From Acidobacteriota bacterium (GTDB lineage Bacteria; Acidobacteriota; UBA6911; JACQSX01): a stretch of 64,000 nt of DNA. The stretch is from NCBI GenBank assembly GCA_036507075.1, contig DASXQR010000003.1, positions 32,001 to 96,000 on the forward strand, read 5' to 3'. Below the pieces are notes generated by a model. The model was not told where the DNA came from, did not search any database, and saw only the letters and a list, made by a program, of their open reading frames with translations. The translations under genes and the position numbers were made by a program. Shown one piece after another: positions 1 to 9,521 of the stretch (position 1 is the first letter of the stretch; each line of letters begins with the position of its first letter).

Positions 1-186
1 GAGTATGACATTCCAATCATCTATGGAATCATTACCGCCGATACCGTCGAGCAGGCAATCAATCGCGCAGGCGTGAAGCATGGAAACAAGGGATTCGACG
101 CCGCCATGGCCGCCGTTGAACTGGCCAACGCTTACAAGACTTGGCCCGCGGCAAGCAGAAAGTCCGCCAGGAAAGATTTGAAATAA
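1..186 (+). CDS. ribH: 6,7-dimethyl-8-ribityllumazine synthase, 3' part (5' end outside window)
   Basis: Frame 1 translates [43 protein letters not shown]..., the RibH C-terminal motif; TAA at 184-186 overlaps the nusB ATG (ribH-nusB synteny). Confidence 0.92.
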   Translation, partial: EYDIPIIYGIITADTVEQAINRAGVKHGNKGFDAAMAAVELANAYKTWPAASRKSARKDLK

Positions 187-590
187 TGGGCTCACGCAGA
201 CACTCACGCGAATGCGCGCTCCAGATGTTGTTCCAGCGGGACCTGACGGGAGATCCGGTTGGGGAAATTGCGAGCAATTTCTGGGAAGGCAAGAAGGAAT
301 CCGAAGACACCCGGCTGTTCGCGGAGTCTCTGGTCAGCGGCACTGTAGAGGGGCAGGATCGCATCGATCCCATCATCAAGAAGCAGGCGGAACACTGGAG
401 GCTTGAGAGAATGGCTGCTGTGGATCGAAACATCCTGCGGCTGGCGGTCTACGAAATGCTGGAAGGCGTGACTCCACCGGCGGTGGTGATCAATGAAGCG
501 ATTGAAATTGCGCGCAAATTTTCTACTGACGAATCCACGCAGTTTGTTAACGGCATCCTCGACGGCATTCGAAAAGAACTCGACAAATAA
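186..590 (+). CDS. nusB: Transcription antitermination factor NusB
   Basis: [17 protein letters not shown]...[11 protein letters not shown]...[12 protein letters not shown]...FVNGILD; ATG 186 coupled to ribH stop. Confidence 0.95.
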   Translation: MGSRRHSRECALQMLFQRDLTGDPVGEIASNFWEGKKESEDTRLFAESLVSGTVEGQDRIDPIIKKQAEHWRLERMAAVDRNILRLAVYEMLEGVTPPAVVINEAIEIARKFSTDESTQFVNGILDGIRKELDK

Positions 591-601
591 GATATAGCGG
601 A

Positions 602-2110
602 ATGAACGAGACGGATCCGATCGTACAACGAAAGAAAAAATTGGAAGAGATCATACAGAAGGGTTTCGACCCTTATCCGCACAAATACGACTACACCCAC
701 ACCATCGCCGGAGTGATTCAGGAGTTTTCCTCCAAAAGTCATGAAGACCTGGAGTCGAGTCCCATCCACGTGCGTGTTTGCGGGCGATTGATCGCCCTGC
801 GGGCGCACGGCAAGGCGGCATTTGCGCATCTGACGGACGGTGAGGCCAAGGTTCAAATTTACATAAAGAAGGATAAAGTCGGCGACCGCTTGTTCGACTT
901 GTACCAACTGCTTGACGTGGGAGACATCCTGGGAGCATCCGGGCAGATCTTCCGGACCCGAACCGGCGAGTTGACGGTTTTTGTCGCGGAAATGGAATTG
1001 CTGGCCAAGTCGCTCCTGCCGTTGCCTGAGAAATGGCATGGTTTGACCGACACGGAAGCCCGGTATCGCCAGCGCTACGTCGATCTGATCGCCAACCCCG
1101 AGGTGCGCGAGATCTTTAAGCGACGCGCTGCCATTGTTCGTGAAATTCGCACCTTTTTCGACGAGCGCGGTTATATCGAAGTCGAAACGCCGATGATGCA
1201 ATTAATGGCAGGAGGGGCAACCGCCCGTCCTTTCCAGACTTTCCACAAGGCGCTCGGAATTCCTCTGTATCTGCGGATCGCGCCCGAACTCTTTCTAAAG
1301 CGGCTCACAGTGGGAGGGTTTCCCCGGGTCTATGAGATAAATCGGAATTTCCGCAACGAAGGAATTTCCACCATGCACAATCCCGAGTTCACCATGCTCG
1401 AGTTTTACCAGGCATATAGCAATTATCGGGATTTGATGGACCTTTCCGAAGAACTGCTCACGCGCGTGGCCGAGCGGGTCGGCGGGTCGCGGCAGCTGCA
1501 ATACCAGGGCACGGTAATCGACTTTGGGCGCTGGCAACGATTCACCTTATACGAATCAATTCTGCATTTCTGGAATCTTCCTGCTGAAAAGCCGGAGCTT
1601 TCGGACCTGAAGAACCCGGAAAAACTGCGTAACCTGCTGGAAGGTCACAATATTGCCTATCTTCGATCGATGGGCCAGGGAGCCATGCTGGGTCAGCTTT
1701 TCGAAGCGGTAGTGGAGCATCAATTGATCCAGCCCACCATTATTTATGACTACCCGGTCGAGTTGTCGCCACTTTCAAAGACGCGGGACGATGACACTTC
1801 GCTCGTGGAACGGTTCGAGCTGTTTGTCGGCGGCATGGAAATTGCCAATGCGTACAGTGAGCTGAATGATCCCGAGGAGCAGCGCCGGCGGTTCGAGGAG
1901 CAGTTGCGCAAGAAGGCCGCGGGTGACGACGAAGCACACGGGATGGACGAAGACTATATCCGCGCCCTGTCCTACGGCATGCCTCCCACGGCAGGCGAGG
2001 GAATCGGCATCGATCGGCTGACCATGATATTGACCAACACGCGTTCAATCCGTGAAGTAATTCTCTTTCCCCACCTCCGCCCCGAACGGATCGAGGCGGA
2101 TACCCCCTGA
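602..2110 (+). CDS. lysS: Lysine--tRNA ligase (class II)
   Basis: OB anticodon domain, [48 protein letters not shown]. Confidence 0.98.
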   Translation: MNETDPIVQRKKKLEEIIQKGFDPYPHKYDYTHTIAGVIQEFSSKSHEDLESSPIHVRVCGRLIALRAHGKAAFAHLTDGEAKVQIYIKKDKVGDRLFDLYQLLDVGDILGASGQIFRTRTGELTVFVAEMELLAKSLLPLPEKWHGLTDTEARYRQRYVDLIANPEVREIFKRRAAIVREIRTFFDERGYIEVETPMMQLMAGGATARPFQTFHKALGIPLYLRIAPELFLKRLTVGGFPRVYEINRNFRNEGISTMHNPEFTMLEFYQAYSNYRDLMDLSEELLTRVAERVGGSRQLQYQGTVIDFGRWQRFTLYESILHFWNLPAEKPELSDLKNPEKLRNLLEGHNIAYLRSMGQGAMLGQLFEAVVEHQLIQPTIIYDYPVELSPLSKTRDDDTSLVERFELFVGGMEIANAYSELNDPEEQRRRFEEQLRKKAAGDDEAHGMDEDYIRALSYGMPPTAGEGIGIDRLTMILTNTRSIREVILFPHLRPERIEADTP

Positions 2111-2136
2111 AGTCAACGGTTGAAGATTGCCTCAAA

Positions 2137-2628
2137 GAGATTCACCACAGAGGCACAGTCCGGCCGCAGGCCGCAACCAAAAAGCCGTCTACGAAAACGT
2201 CAACCACTACGTCTACGAGCACGATCACGACAACCTCCACGTCCTGCGTTCACGAGCACGAGCACGTCAACGTCTTCGTCCCAGGTCCACGCTTACGACA
2301 AGATGATCAGCTTCAATTCTCTGCAGCCCAGGCTGCACCCCACGAGATTGTAGACATTATCGTAGACGTGGCCGACCCCCGTGGACGTTGGACGTGGTCG
2401 TGCTCGTGAACCTGAGACGTAGTCGTGGACGTAGGCGGCTTTGAAAAATGTTGCCAAAAAAACAAGAAGTTACCAACTTGTTACTTAGCGAAGCCGCAAC
2501 TAAAGAGCGGGGGCGGTCCAGCATGGCCGACCGTTGATAATTTGCGCAAGCCCCGAAAACTCCCGCGGTTAGTAGTACAGAGGACACAGGGGATTTCCTG
2601 TGTCCTCTGTGCCTCTGTGGTGACTCTC
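2137..2628. repeat. 9-mer-period palindrome (CACCACAGAGGCACAGAGGACACAGG..CCTGTGTCCTCTGTGCCTCTGTGGTG) whose left arm is split by a 422-bp insert
   Basis: Removing 2156-2577 restores a left arm matching the reverse complement of 2597-2628 with 1 mismatch. Confidence 0.85.
2156..2577 (-). mobile_element. Two tandem non-autonomous insertion modules (2156-2485 and 2486-2577); the first carries a hexamer-period inverted repeat
   Basis: Clean empty-site reconstruction; ends shared with 50977-51220 and 37688-37965. Confidence 0.65.
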
Positions 2629-2770
2629 CTTTGCAACGGTTTTGTAGCAGGATTAAACGATTCCTACATGTTTGTCCTGCCGCCAGAGATTCGGCTCAGC
2701 TCGCGACTGGTCGACTGCAAACCTGTAAACCACATTGTGGCATAGGCTAAGCACGGCTCAGGTGCTGCCT

Positions 2771-2799
2771 TTCAACGTTCCTCTTTATGGTGCTAAGAT
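2771..2799 (+). promoter_or_regulatory. Putative sigma70 promoter for the GlnD-like gene
   Basis: TTCAAC-N17-TAAGAT with extended TG; ATG 10 nt downstream (near-leaderless). Confidence 0.45.
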
Positions 2800-2809
2800 T
2801 GCTTAGCTC

Positions 2810-4234
2810 ATGAAAAAACAGGTTGCCCGGATGCCGGCAGATTCAAAAAAAAACTCACCCACCCAGCGCGCTGTCAAGGTGCTCGATCGAATTTCCGCCG
2901 GAAGGGAGCCTGGACAATCGCGTTTTCAAAAAGTATTTCGGACAATTTCTGACCCTGTTCCGATGTATCTGGCGCTGGTGCTCCATGACGCTGGGAAAAA
3001 ACATCGACGCTTGGTTCCCCCAGAAGGCGCGCCCGCAGCCCGGAGCGCCCGCAGTCAATTGGAGAGCAGTTCCGAGCGCGCTGCGGCTGTAGATTTCCTG
3101 GTGAGACACTCGTTGTTAATGCCGGCACTGTCGCAGCGTCGTGATTTGTCCGATCCGGCCCTGATTGAAGATTTCGCGCGCACCGTCCAGACACTGGATC
3201 GCCTCAACATGCTGGTGCTTTTCACCTACGCGCAGGCCAGCAGCGCCGGGCTTGGCGACTGGAATTCCTGGAAAGCGGAGCTTCTTTGGGAATTGTACAG
3301 TCTTGCGCGATCGCATCTTGAGGGCAAACCCGCCAGGTGGGACCAACACCGGACCGACCTGGTCAAACAACGAATCATCCGGCATCTCCTGTCTGAGCAT
3401 TTGCCTGTCTCAGCGCAGCACAGGTTTGCTTTTCGCCGGTCAGAATGGTGGGTCGGGATTTTCGCGGAGTTTCTGCCTGTTGAAGTGGAGCGCCACTTTG
3501 CCATGCTGCCGGAGCGTTATCTCCGCTCTACAGAGCCGGACCAGATTACCCAGCAACTGCGCTTGATCCGCCAGTTGTCCGACAGGCCATTGGCCACCAG
3601 TTGGGAGAACCTGGGAGACGGCCATACCACGCGGCTGACCGTTTGTACACGTGACAGCACCGGACTGTTCGCCCGGCTGGCCGGAGTGCTGACTTCTCAC
3701 GCGATCAACATACTGAGCGCGGTTTTGTATACGCGCGAGGACGGAGTGGTCGTTGATGTCTTCAAATTGTGCGAGATCGACGGACAGCAGCCTGTGGCTC
3801 TGGAGCACCGTTCGAGGGTAGATCTGACATTGAGCGACGCCGTCGAGGGAAAACTCGACGTGGCAGGCGTGGTCAATCGCTGGCTCTCGCGGACGACGGG
3901 CCCGCGCCAGCGGCCGTACTGGAAACCGACCTTCCCCAGTGTGAATTTCGATTCCGAGGTCAGCGCCACCAGTACGGTTATTGAGGTTCACGCCGAGGAT
4001 GAGCCGGGTGTCGCCTACAAGATTGCGCACACGTTGTCGGAAATGGGGCTCAACATCAACTTTGCCAAGATTTCTACCGAGAACAGTCAGGTTCTGGATG
4101 TTCTTTATGCCACCAGTGAGTCGGGCAAGAAGCTGACCCGGGCGGAAATGACAGCCGTCGAACAGAGGCTGGTGGAAGCGCTGGCCCCGAGCCGTGGCGC
4201 GTTGACCAAAGCTGCCAGTGCGCGACAGCAATGA
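2810..4234 (+). CDS. GlnD-like protein lacking the N-terminal nucleotidyltransferase domain (degenerate HD region plus two ACT domains)
   Basis: LALVLHDAGK, FLVRHSLLM..LSQRRDLSDP, WNSWKAELLWELY, DSTGLFARLAGVL (ACT1), DEPGVAYKIAHTL (ACT2); only 474 aa. Confidence 0.8.
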   Translation: MKKQVARMPADSKKNSPTQRAVKVLDRISAGREPGQSRFQKVFRTISDPVPMYLALVLHDAGKKHRRLVPPEGAPAARSARSQLESSSERAAAVDFLVRHSLLMPALSQRRDLSDPALIEDFARTVQTLDRLNMLVLFTYAQASSAGLGDWNSWKAELLWELYSLARSHLEGKPARWDQHRTDLVKQRIIRHLLSEHLPVSAQHRFAFRRSEWWVGIFAEFLPVEVERHFAMLPERYLRSTEPDQITQQLRLIRQLSDRPLATSWENLGDGHTTRLTVCTRDSTGLFARLAGVLTSHAINILSAVLYTREDGVVVDVFKLCEIDGQQPVALEHRSRVDLTLSDAVEGKLDVAGVVNRWLSRTTGPRQRPYWKPTFPSVNFDSEVSATSTVIEVHAEDEPGVAYKIAHTLSEMGLNINFAKISTENSQVLDVLYATSESGKKLTRAEMTAVEQRLVEALAPSRGALTKAASARQQ

Positions 4235-4332
4235 CGCCGGCACCCACAGGGCCCCGACCGGGAGGGAGCATCTGTCCAAATTAGCTTTTTGGATTACAGA
4301 AGAGAGATTCGTCAAATAGCAGCGGCGCACCA

Positions 4333-4441
4333 GCCCGCCGCTTTTTGGCGGGCGACAGCCTGTAGCCCACGGCGTAGCGCCAGCGAAGCCGTGGGAACGC
4401 GAAGCAGTCAAATCCGCCAAGCCCGCCGCTTTTTGGCGGGC
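4333..4441. repeat. REP-like cluster: two GCCCGCC-N7-GGCGGGC hairpins flanking GTAG-CCCACGGC..GCCGTGGG
   Basis: Hairpins at 4333-4353 and 4421-4441; GTAG-initiated palindrome at 4362-4395; lies between convergent genes. Confidence 0.7.
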
Positions 4442-4507
4442 GGCAGCAGCCGATGTTTTTAACCGACAAGAGCGGCCACGAATGTAAGTAATGCGCCACG
4501 GAGGGGG

Positions 4508-7500
4508 TCAAAAGTAAAACTTAACTCCCAGTTGAGTGACCCGCGTTGTGATGCCCTGTACGCCACCGCCGATTTTGCCAAAGTTGACAGAACGGATGTT
4601 ACGGTCAAGCGAGCCGGGATCGGGATTGAAATGATTGAACAGGTTGAAAATCTCGGCTCGGAATTGCAACTGTCGGGTTTCCTGGAAGCGAATGGACTTG
4701 GAAAGCGAGAAATCCACGTTGTTCAGCCCCGGTAGTCGAATCGCGGCGGTTCGAGACGACGTGCCAAAGCGACCGAAGGCAGCAGGCTCGAAAGCTGCCG
4801 TGTTAAACCAGCGCTGGTAGGTTCGCTCGCCGCGAGGAAGATTGGCCTTTTGACCGGGGACAAGGTCGGGCCGGGAACTAATGCCGGTGCCGGTGGTATC
4901 GACGTTATTAGTGACCGGAGCGGGAAAGCCGCTCTGTTCGGTAATGATAGTGCTGAGTTGCCAACCATCTAACAGGTACTTGACCGCGCCCTGGGTGGAC
5001 TTAAAAAATGGCACGTCGTAAATCACGGTTTGTACGAAGCGCTGCGTCAAATCGAAGCCGGAGGCAGACCGGTCACCCCGAAGATAAAAGATATCCTGCG
5101 GCGCCCCGATGAAGTTGCCGCCACCCACCTGACCGCCGATGTCGTTGGGTCCGGAAATCGCCTTCGACCAGGTATAAGCAGTCAGGAAGGTCAATCCCCT
5201 GGCCAGGCGGCGTTCCGCTTTCAACTGCAGAGAATGGTAAATAGAGTTCCCAATGGACTTGTCCGATCGCACATTTCGGGCGTAGGCCTGATTGGGACGT
5301 CGAGCGTTGAGCGAAGGGAGACCGGGTGTCCGCGGGTCTACCAAAGCAATGGGCCGGTTCATGTCTTCGAAGGTGACGATCAAACGAGTTCCTTTGGAAC
5401 CGACGTAGCCTGCGTCGATGATTATGTTTCCAGGCAATTCATGCTGGACATTCAAATTCCATTGCTGGATGTAAGAGTCGCGCAGGTTCTGGTCCAGGCT
5501 GACGGCAAAGTTGAGCGCGCCACTGGTTACAGCCGAGGAAAAAGGATCATTGAAGAAGACGTTGGGCGCACCGGTGATATTCCCGTTCACCGTGGCCCCG
5601 GCTGTGGCCTGCGCGCCCTCCACCATGGCAAAGACAGCATTGGAAATCTGGGGAGTGAAATAGACGCCGTAACCGCCCCGGATCACTGTCTCGCCAAAAC
5701 GGGCGGGCCGATAGGCGAAACCGAAGCGCGGCCCAAAATTATTTCGATCCGGTGCAATAAGGGAGCGGCCATAACGAGAAGTTTGCGGTGTCACCAGGCC
5801 GGCAACTACAAAGCCATTTTGTTCTATGTTGACAATCTTGTCGTCCGACTGCTTGTAAGGTTGGAAATAGTCATAGCGCAAGCCCAGGTTCAGAGTGAGA
5901 CGCGGTAAAATCTTCCAGTCGTCCTGCACGAAGTAGGCATGCCAGAAATTGTTCAAATCTGTGGAAGTATGCGCCGGATTGATACTGGCATTGCGCACGT
6001 ACCCGAGCATGAAGTCAGCCAGCGCAGAACCCGTATAGGTGCCATCGAAACTAAAGGATCCGCGCGGCGCCCGAGCCTGCTCGAAAGTGACGTTGCGGCG
6101 TGTGATCTCGGCGCCAAACTTCATGTAGTGTTGGCCACGCTGCCAGGAAAGGATGTCGCTAAACTCCCAGATCTGGTTGGAGCGATCGCGAGGACCAATC
6201 TGTCGCTGCAGATTGTACACTTGAAAAGATCCGTCGGGACCATTGATGCTGATCGTCGGCGGGCCGAACTCGGCAGGCAGCCGTGAAACCAGGGGCAACT
6301 TCATACGCCCGACTACATCGAAGGCTGGGTCGTTGGTTGTGCCAAAAATCTCGCTTTCGAAAAACCGGTGCCAACCTCCGCGGAGTTCATTCAGCAAGCG
6401 GGCATTGAACGTATGCAGCCAGGACGAAGCCACAAGTTGGGTGCGACCCAAATTGTTGCGCTCGTCGTGACCCCAGAAAGGGATGCCGGCTTCATACGTA
6501 TCATTGAAGACATAGCGGCCGGAAATCGAGTCCCGAATCGAAAAGTTGTGATCCACGCGAGCGGTGTAGTTGTCCTGTGTCGAGGTGGCGCCAAAAGAGC
6601 CAGAGCTGTAGTTAAAAGAGCCCTCGCGGGTGTTGGGCTGCGCAACAAATTCAAGAAAGGCCAGCGCCTGGGGACTGAGGGCGGAACGGGGGATCACGTT
6701 GTTGCTGATCCCCACGTTGAGTGGATCGCGCAGCACAATCGGCTGGTTGGTTCGTGGGTTGATCAGATTGCGAAAGTCTCCGCTGCGTATCTCGCTGGGA
6801 GGAATCAGCGCCAGACTGCTGGGGTTGGCCTGGAGCTGGCGACCGCTTTCCCAGTTGAAAAAGAAAAAAGTGCTTTCGCGCCCGTTGAAAAGCTTGGGCA
6901 GCCAGACAGGACCGCCGATGTTGGCGCCGAACTGGTTGCGATTCAGGCGCGGCGGGTCGACTTTTTTCCTGGCAATGGCGTCGTAAGTTTGGGTCAGCGC
7001 GTCGTTGCGATTAAACTCCCAGACCGTGCCGCGATAGGCCGACCCGCCGGACCGCGTGACCATGTTGACCTGCCCGCCCGGAGCTCCACCCAACTCGGCC
7101 GAGTATGTGCTGGTCTCGACCTTGAATTCCGCCAGGGAATCGACCGAGGGAGAGAAGCTGTAAGTCATCGCGTCGTAGTCCATCATTTCCAGGCCGTCAA
7201 TGAAAAAACGGTTGGCGGTGTCGCGCGAACCGTTGGCCGACATGCCGGTGGAGCCAAAGGGGGAATCCTGTTGCCCGATGGAGCCACGACCGCGGCGCAC
7301 CGTGATGCTTCCCGGCGTGCCTGCCTGAACACCGGGAATCAGTTGGGCCAATTGGACAAAGTTGCGACCGTTGAGAGGAAGTTCCACGATCTTGGTTGAA
7401 TCAATCACGGTACCGACGGTGGAGGTTTCGGTTTGCAGCAATATCACTCCGCCCTCGACGCTTATCGTCTGCGTGACCTCGCCTACGGTAAGCTGGAAGT

Positions 7501-7822
7501 CCACTCGACCCGTCTGCTGCACGCCCAGAATAACCCGATCCACTTTCTGAATCTTGAATCCTACCAGGCTCGCGCTGACCGCATATTCCCCCGCCGTCAG
7601 GAATGGAAAGGAGTAGGCTCCGCTGTCATCGGTGATCGCTTCTCGCGAAACACCGGTGGCCAGATTGGTGGCCCGAACCGTGGCCCCCGGCACCACCGCG
7701 TTGGAGCTGTCGGTCACTGTGCCGACAAGAGTTGCCGTCGTTTGTTGAGCATTCAGTGTCAGGCAATGAAAAGCCGCTATAAGAGTCAGGAAAATAACCA
7801 TCAACCAGCAACGCCATTGCAT
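4508..7822 (-). CDS. TonB-dependent receptor, Oar-like, with N-terminal carboxypeptidase-regulatory-like domain
   Basis: Signal peptide, GTVTDSSNAVVPGATV, LPLNGRNFVQLAQL, NFGPRFGFAY, C-terminal QLGVKFYF; 1104 aa. Confidence 0.93.
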   Translation of the reverse strand: MQWRCWLMVIFLTLIAAFHCLTLNAQQTTATLVGTVTDSSNAVVPGATVRATNLATGVSREAITDDSGAYSFPFLTAGEYAVSASLVGFKIQKVDRVILGVQQTGRVDFQLTVGEVTQTISVEGGVILLQTETSTVGTVIDSTKIVELPLNGRNFVQLAQLIPGVQAGTPGSITVRRGRGSIGQQDSPFGSTGMSANGSRDTANRFFIDGLEMMDYDAMTYSFSPSVDSLAEFKVETSTYSAELGGAPGGQVNMVTRSGGSAYRGTVWEFNRNDALTQTYDAIARKKVDPPRLNRNQFGANIGGPVWLPKLFNGRESTFFFFNWESGRQLQANPSSLALIPPSEIRSGDFRNLINPRTNQPIVLRDPLNVGISNNVIPRSALSPQALAFLEFVAQPNTREGSFNYSSGSFGATSTQDNYTARVDHNFSIRDSISGRYVFNDTYEAGIPFWGHDERNNLGRTQLVASSWLHTFNARLLNELRGGWHRFFESEIFGTTNDPAFDVVGRMKLPLVSRLPAEFGPPTISINGPDGSFQVYNLQRQIGPRDRSNQIWEFSDILSWQRGQHYMKFGAEITRRNVTFEQARAPRGSFSFDGTYTGSALADFMLGYVRNASINPAHTSTDLNNFWHAYFVQDDWKILPRLTLNLGLRYDYFQPYKQSDDKIVNIEQNGFVVAGLVTPQTSRYGRSLIAPDRNNFGPRFGFAYRPARFGETVIRGGYGVYFTPQISNAVFAMVEGAQATAGATVNGNITGAPNVFFNDPFSSAVTSGALNFAVSLDQNLRDSYIQQWNLNVQHELPGNIIIDAGYVGSKGTRLIVTFEDMNRPIALVDPRTPGLPSLNARRPNQAYARNVRSDKSIGNSIYHSLQLKAERRLARGLTFLTAYTWSKAISGPNDIGGQVGGGNFIGAPQDIFYLRGDRSASGFDLTQRFVQTVIYDVPFFKSTQGAVKYLLDGWQLSTIITEQSGFPAPVTNNVDTTGTGISSRPDLVPGQKANLPRGERTYQRWFNTAAFEPAAFGRFGTSSRTAAIRLPGLNNVDFSLSKSIRFQETRQLQFRAEIFNLFNHFNPDPGSLDRNIRSVNFGKIGGGVQGITTRVTQLGVKFYF

Positions 7823-8023
7823 AGTTTTGCCGCTCCCCTTCTGCGAAGGTTTGGATCGATAAGTTGAACTCGGTCTAACTGATTTTTGAGAGGTAACCTC
7901 AACACGTCTGGAAAATTTCCAGTCGGTGAAACCAAGGTCTGCGAGCCCCGAAAAGGGTCACACGCCATAGATAAGCAGAGCACTGACCGGAAAGAAGAGT
8001 CAAGAGTTTGTTGGGAGTGTGTG

Positions 8024-8111
8024 GGGTCAGGTCTTCAGAATTCATTTTTTAGTTGGATTTTGAGATCAAGTTCAATTGGAGTGCAAAAAATGAATTTTGA
8101 AGACCTGACCC
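8024..8111. repeat. 27-bp inverted repeat pair (GGGTCAGGTCTTCA..TGAAGACCTGACCC), REPIN-like
   Basis: Arms 8024-8050 and 8085-8111, 1 mismatch. Confidence 0.8.
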
Positions 8112-8220
8112 TATGATCCGATAATTCCGACTTTTCCTGGCGCGGCTGATGCCGAGCGTCGGAGTCCCACCGGAGAATCATTTTCAGCTCGACATATTCG
8201 ACGAGTAAAATAGGTCTGTG

Positions 8221-8370
8221 AATTACAAGTTGGCAACTTCTCGCTTTTTTGCAAAGTTTTGTCTGGCATCTGCATTCCTTCACCGCAGAGGACGCAGAGA
8301 GTGCGCAGAGTTTCGTTTGCATGTCTCTGCGCAACCTCTGCGTTCTCTGCGCCTCTGCGGTGAAGGAATG
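8221..8370 (+). repeat. Module end motif followed by a 9-mer palindrome (CACCGCAGAGG..CCTCTGCGGTG); homologous copy at 57739-57890
   Basis: Shared CAACTTCTCGCTTTTTT..AGTTTTGTCTGGC..CATTCCTTCACCGCAGAGG and TGTCTCTGCGCAACCTCTGCGTTCTCTGCGCCTCTGCGGTGA. Confidence 0.85.
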
Positions 8371-8442
8371 TGACTTTCCACATCAGCATATGACGATCAG
8401 GCTGCCAAGCGGGAACATCATGTTCTTCAGGAGGCACGCAGA

Positions 8443-9106
8443 ATGAATCGTCTTCGGTTACTGAGTATGTGTCTCACTGCCAGTGTCGCGCTGAGTGTTG
8501 CGGGATGTAAACATCGACATGCCGCCGTGCTTCCTCCCGGTCCAGCCGAATCCTCTCGCGGGGAGGCCTCTTTTACCACTCTGACGGATCCAGCCTCAAA
8601 CGCAGATGAGCTTCCAAAAAACCAGAGCTATCAGGGCGAGGACCAAAGGTGAACTTGGCATACCGGTTTATCCGGCGGATGCGCTTAAAAGCAAGATCAG
8701 TGAATCCACAGTGGCGGTGCGAATTCTCATCAGCACGGACGGCAAGGTTACTGAAATAAGCGATAGTCCGCTGATGGCGTCGAGCACCGGGCCTTTTGCC
8801 GGTGAATTCAGAGCAGCCACCGAAGAAGCGATCAAGACATGGTTGTTTGAACCAGCCGAAATTCAAACCCTCGAGGATGGCAAAGACCTGGACGGCGATG
8901 GGAAACCCGATTATAGGATTGTGGTTGCTACACAGAAAATACCGATTTACCGCGATCTCCATTTTGACTTCAAGGTCGTAGTGTCAGAAGGGAAGGTTCG
9001 GGCCACTGTGACGACATCTTCTTTCCAGGGACAGCAGGCCGGATCAAAAGAGAAAGAAAAAGAAAGAAACAAAGATCCGAAAAAGAGTAAGACAAAACCA
9101 TATTGA
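8443..9106 (+). pseudogene. TonB C-terminal-domain lipoprotein split by a frameshift near 8615-8640
   Basis: ORF 8443-8652 has RBS and lipobox (SVAGC); overlapping ORF in the next frame has PVYPADALKSKISESTVAVRILISTDGKV..AATEEAIKTWLFEPA (TonB_C-like). Confidence 0.6.
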
Positions 9107-9140
9107 CCATGATGCGGCGCGGAGTGAGACAAGTGCAGGT

Positions 9141-9521
9141 ATGAAAGCGAAGCGAAGTTTCCCCCGCGACATCCTGGCCGCCATCCGCGACAGTAAGATC
9201 CTGGGTATCCGGGCCGGCACGCAGCCACATCGTTTCATCGGCATCTGGGTTGTGGTGGTGGAAGGACGCGTCTTTGTGCGTTCGTGGAGCCTGAAGCAGC
9301 GAAGCTGGTACCGGACATTCCTCACGGAGGCACGCGGAGTTGTGCAGGTTGATGGCCGGCAGATCCCCGTCCGTGCCGTGCGCACCAGGAGCGAGCGCTT
9401 GAAGGATGCTGTCGACCGGGCCTACCTTGAGAAATACAACACTCCAGGGTCCATCAAGTACGCTCGAGGCCTGGGACGCGCAAAGTCCAGGGCCACCACG
9501 ATAGAACTCGTGCGCCGATGA
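9141..9521 (+). CDS. DUF2255-family protein
   Basis: IWVVVVEGRVFVRSW..WYR..VDRAYLEKY. Confidence 0.75.
   Translation: MKAKRSFPRDILAAIRDSKILGIRAGTQPHRFIGIWVVVVEGRVFVRSWSLKQRSWYRTFLTEARGVVQVDGRQIPVRAVRTRSERLKDAVDRAYLEKYNTPGSIKYARGLGRAKSRATTIELVRR

Noticed and set aside
2156..2577. Group II intron remnant or integron attC site
   Set aside because: No GTGYG start, domain V or AY end; no paired RYYYAAC/GTTRRRY boxes and no integrase.
2120..2745. ORFs 2120-2353, 2357-2587 and 2425-2745
   Set aside because: Translations of repeat DNA (TTEAQ, LCVLCASVV, STSTST); not credible genes.
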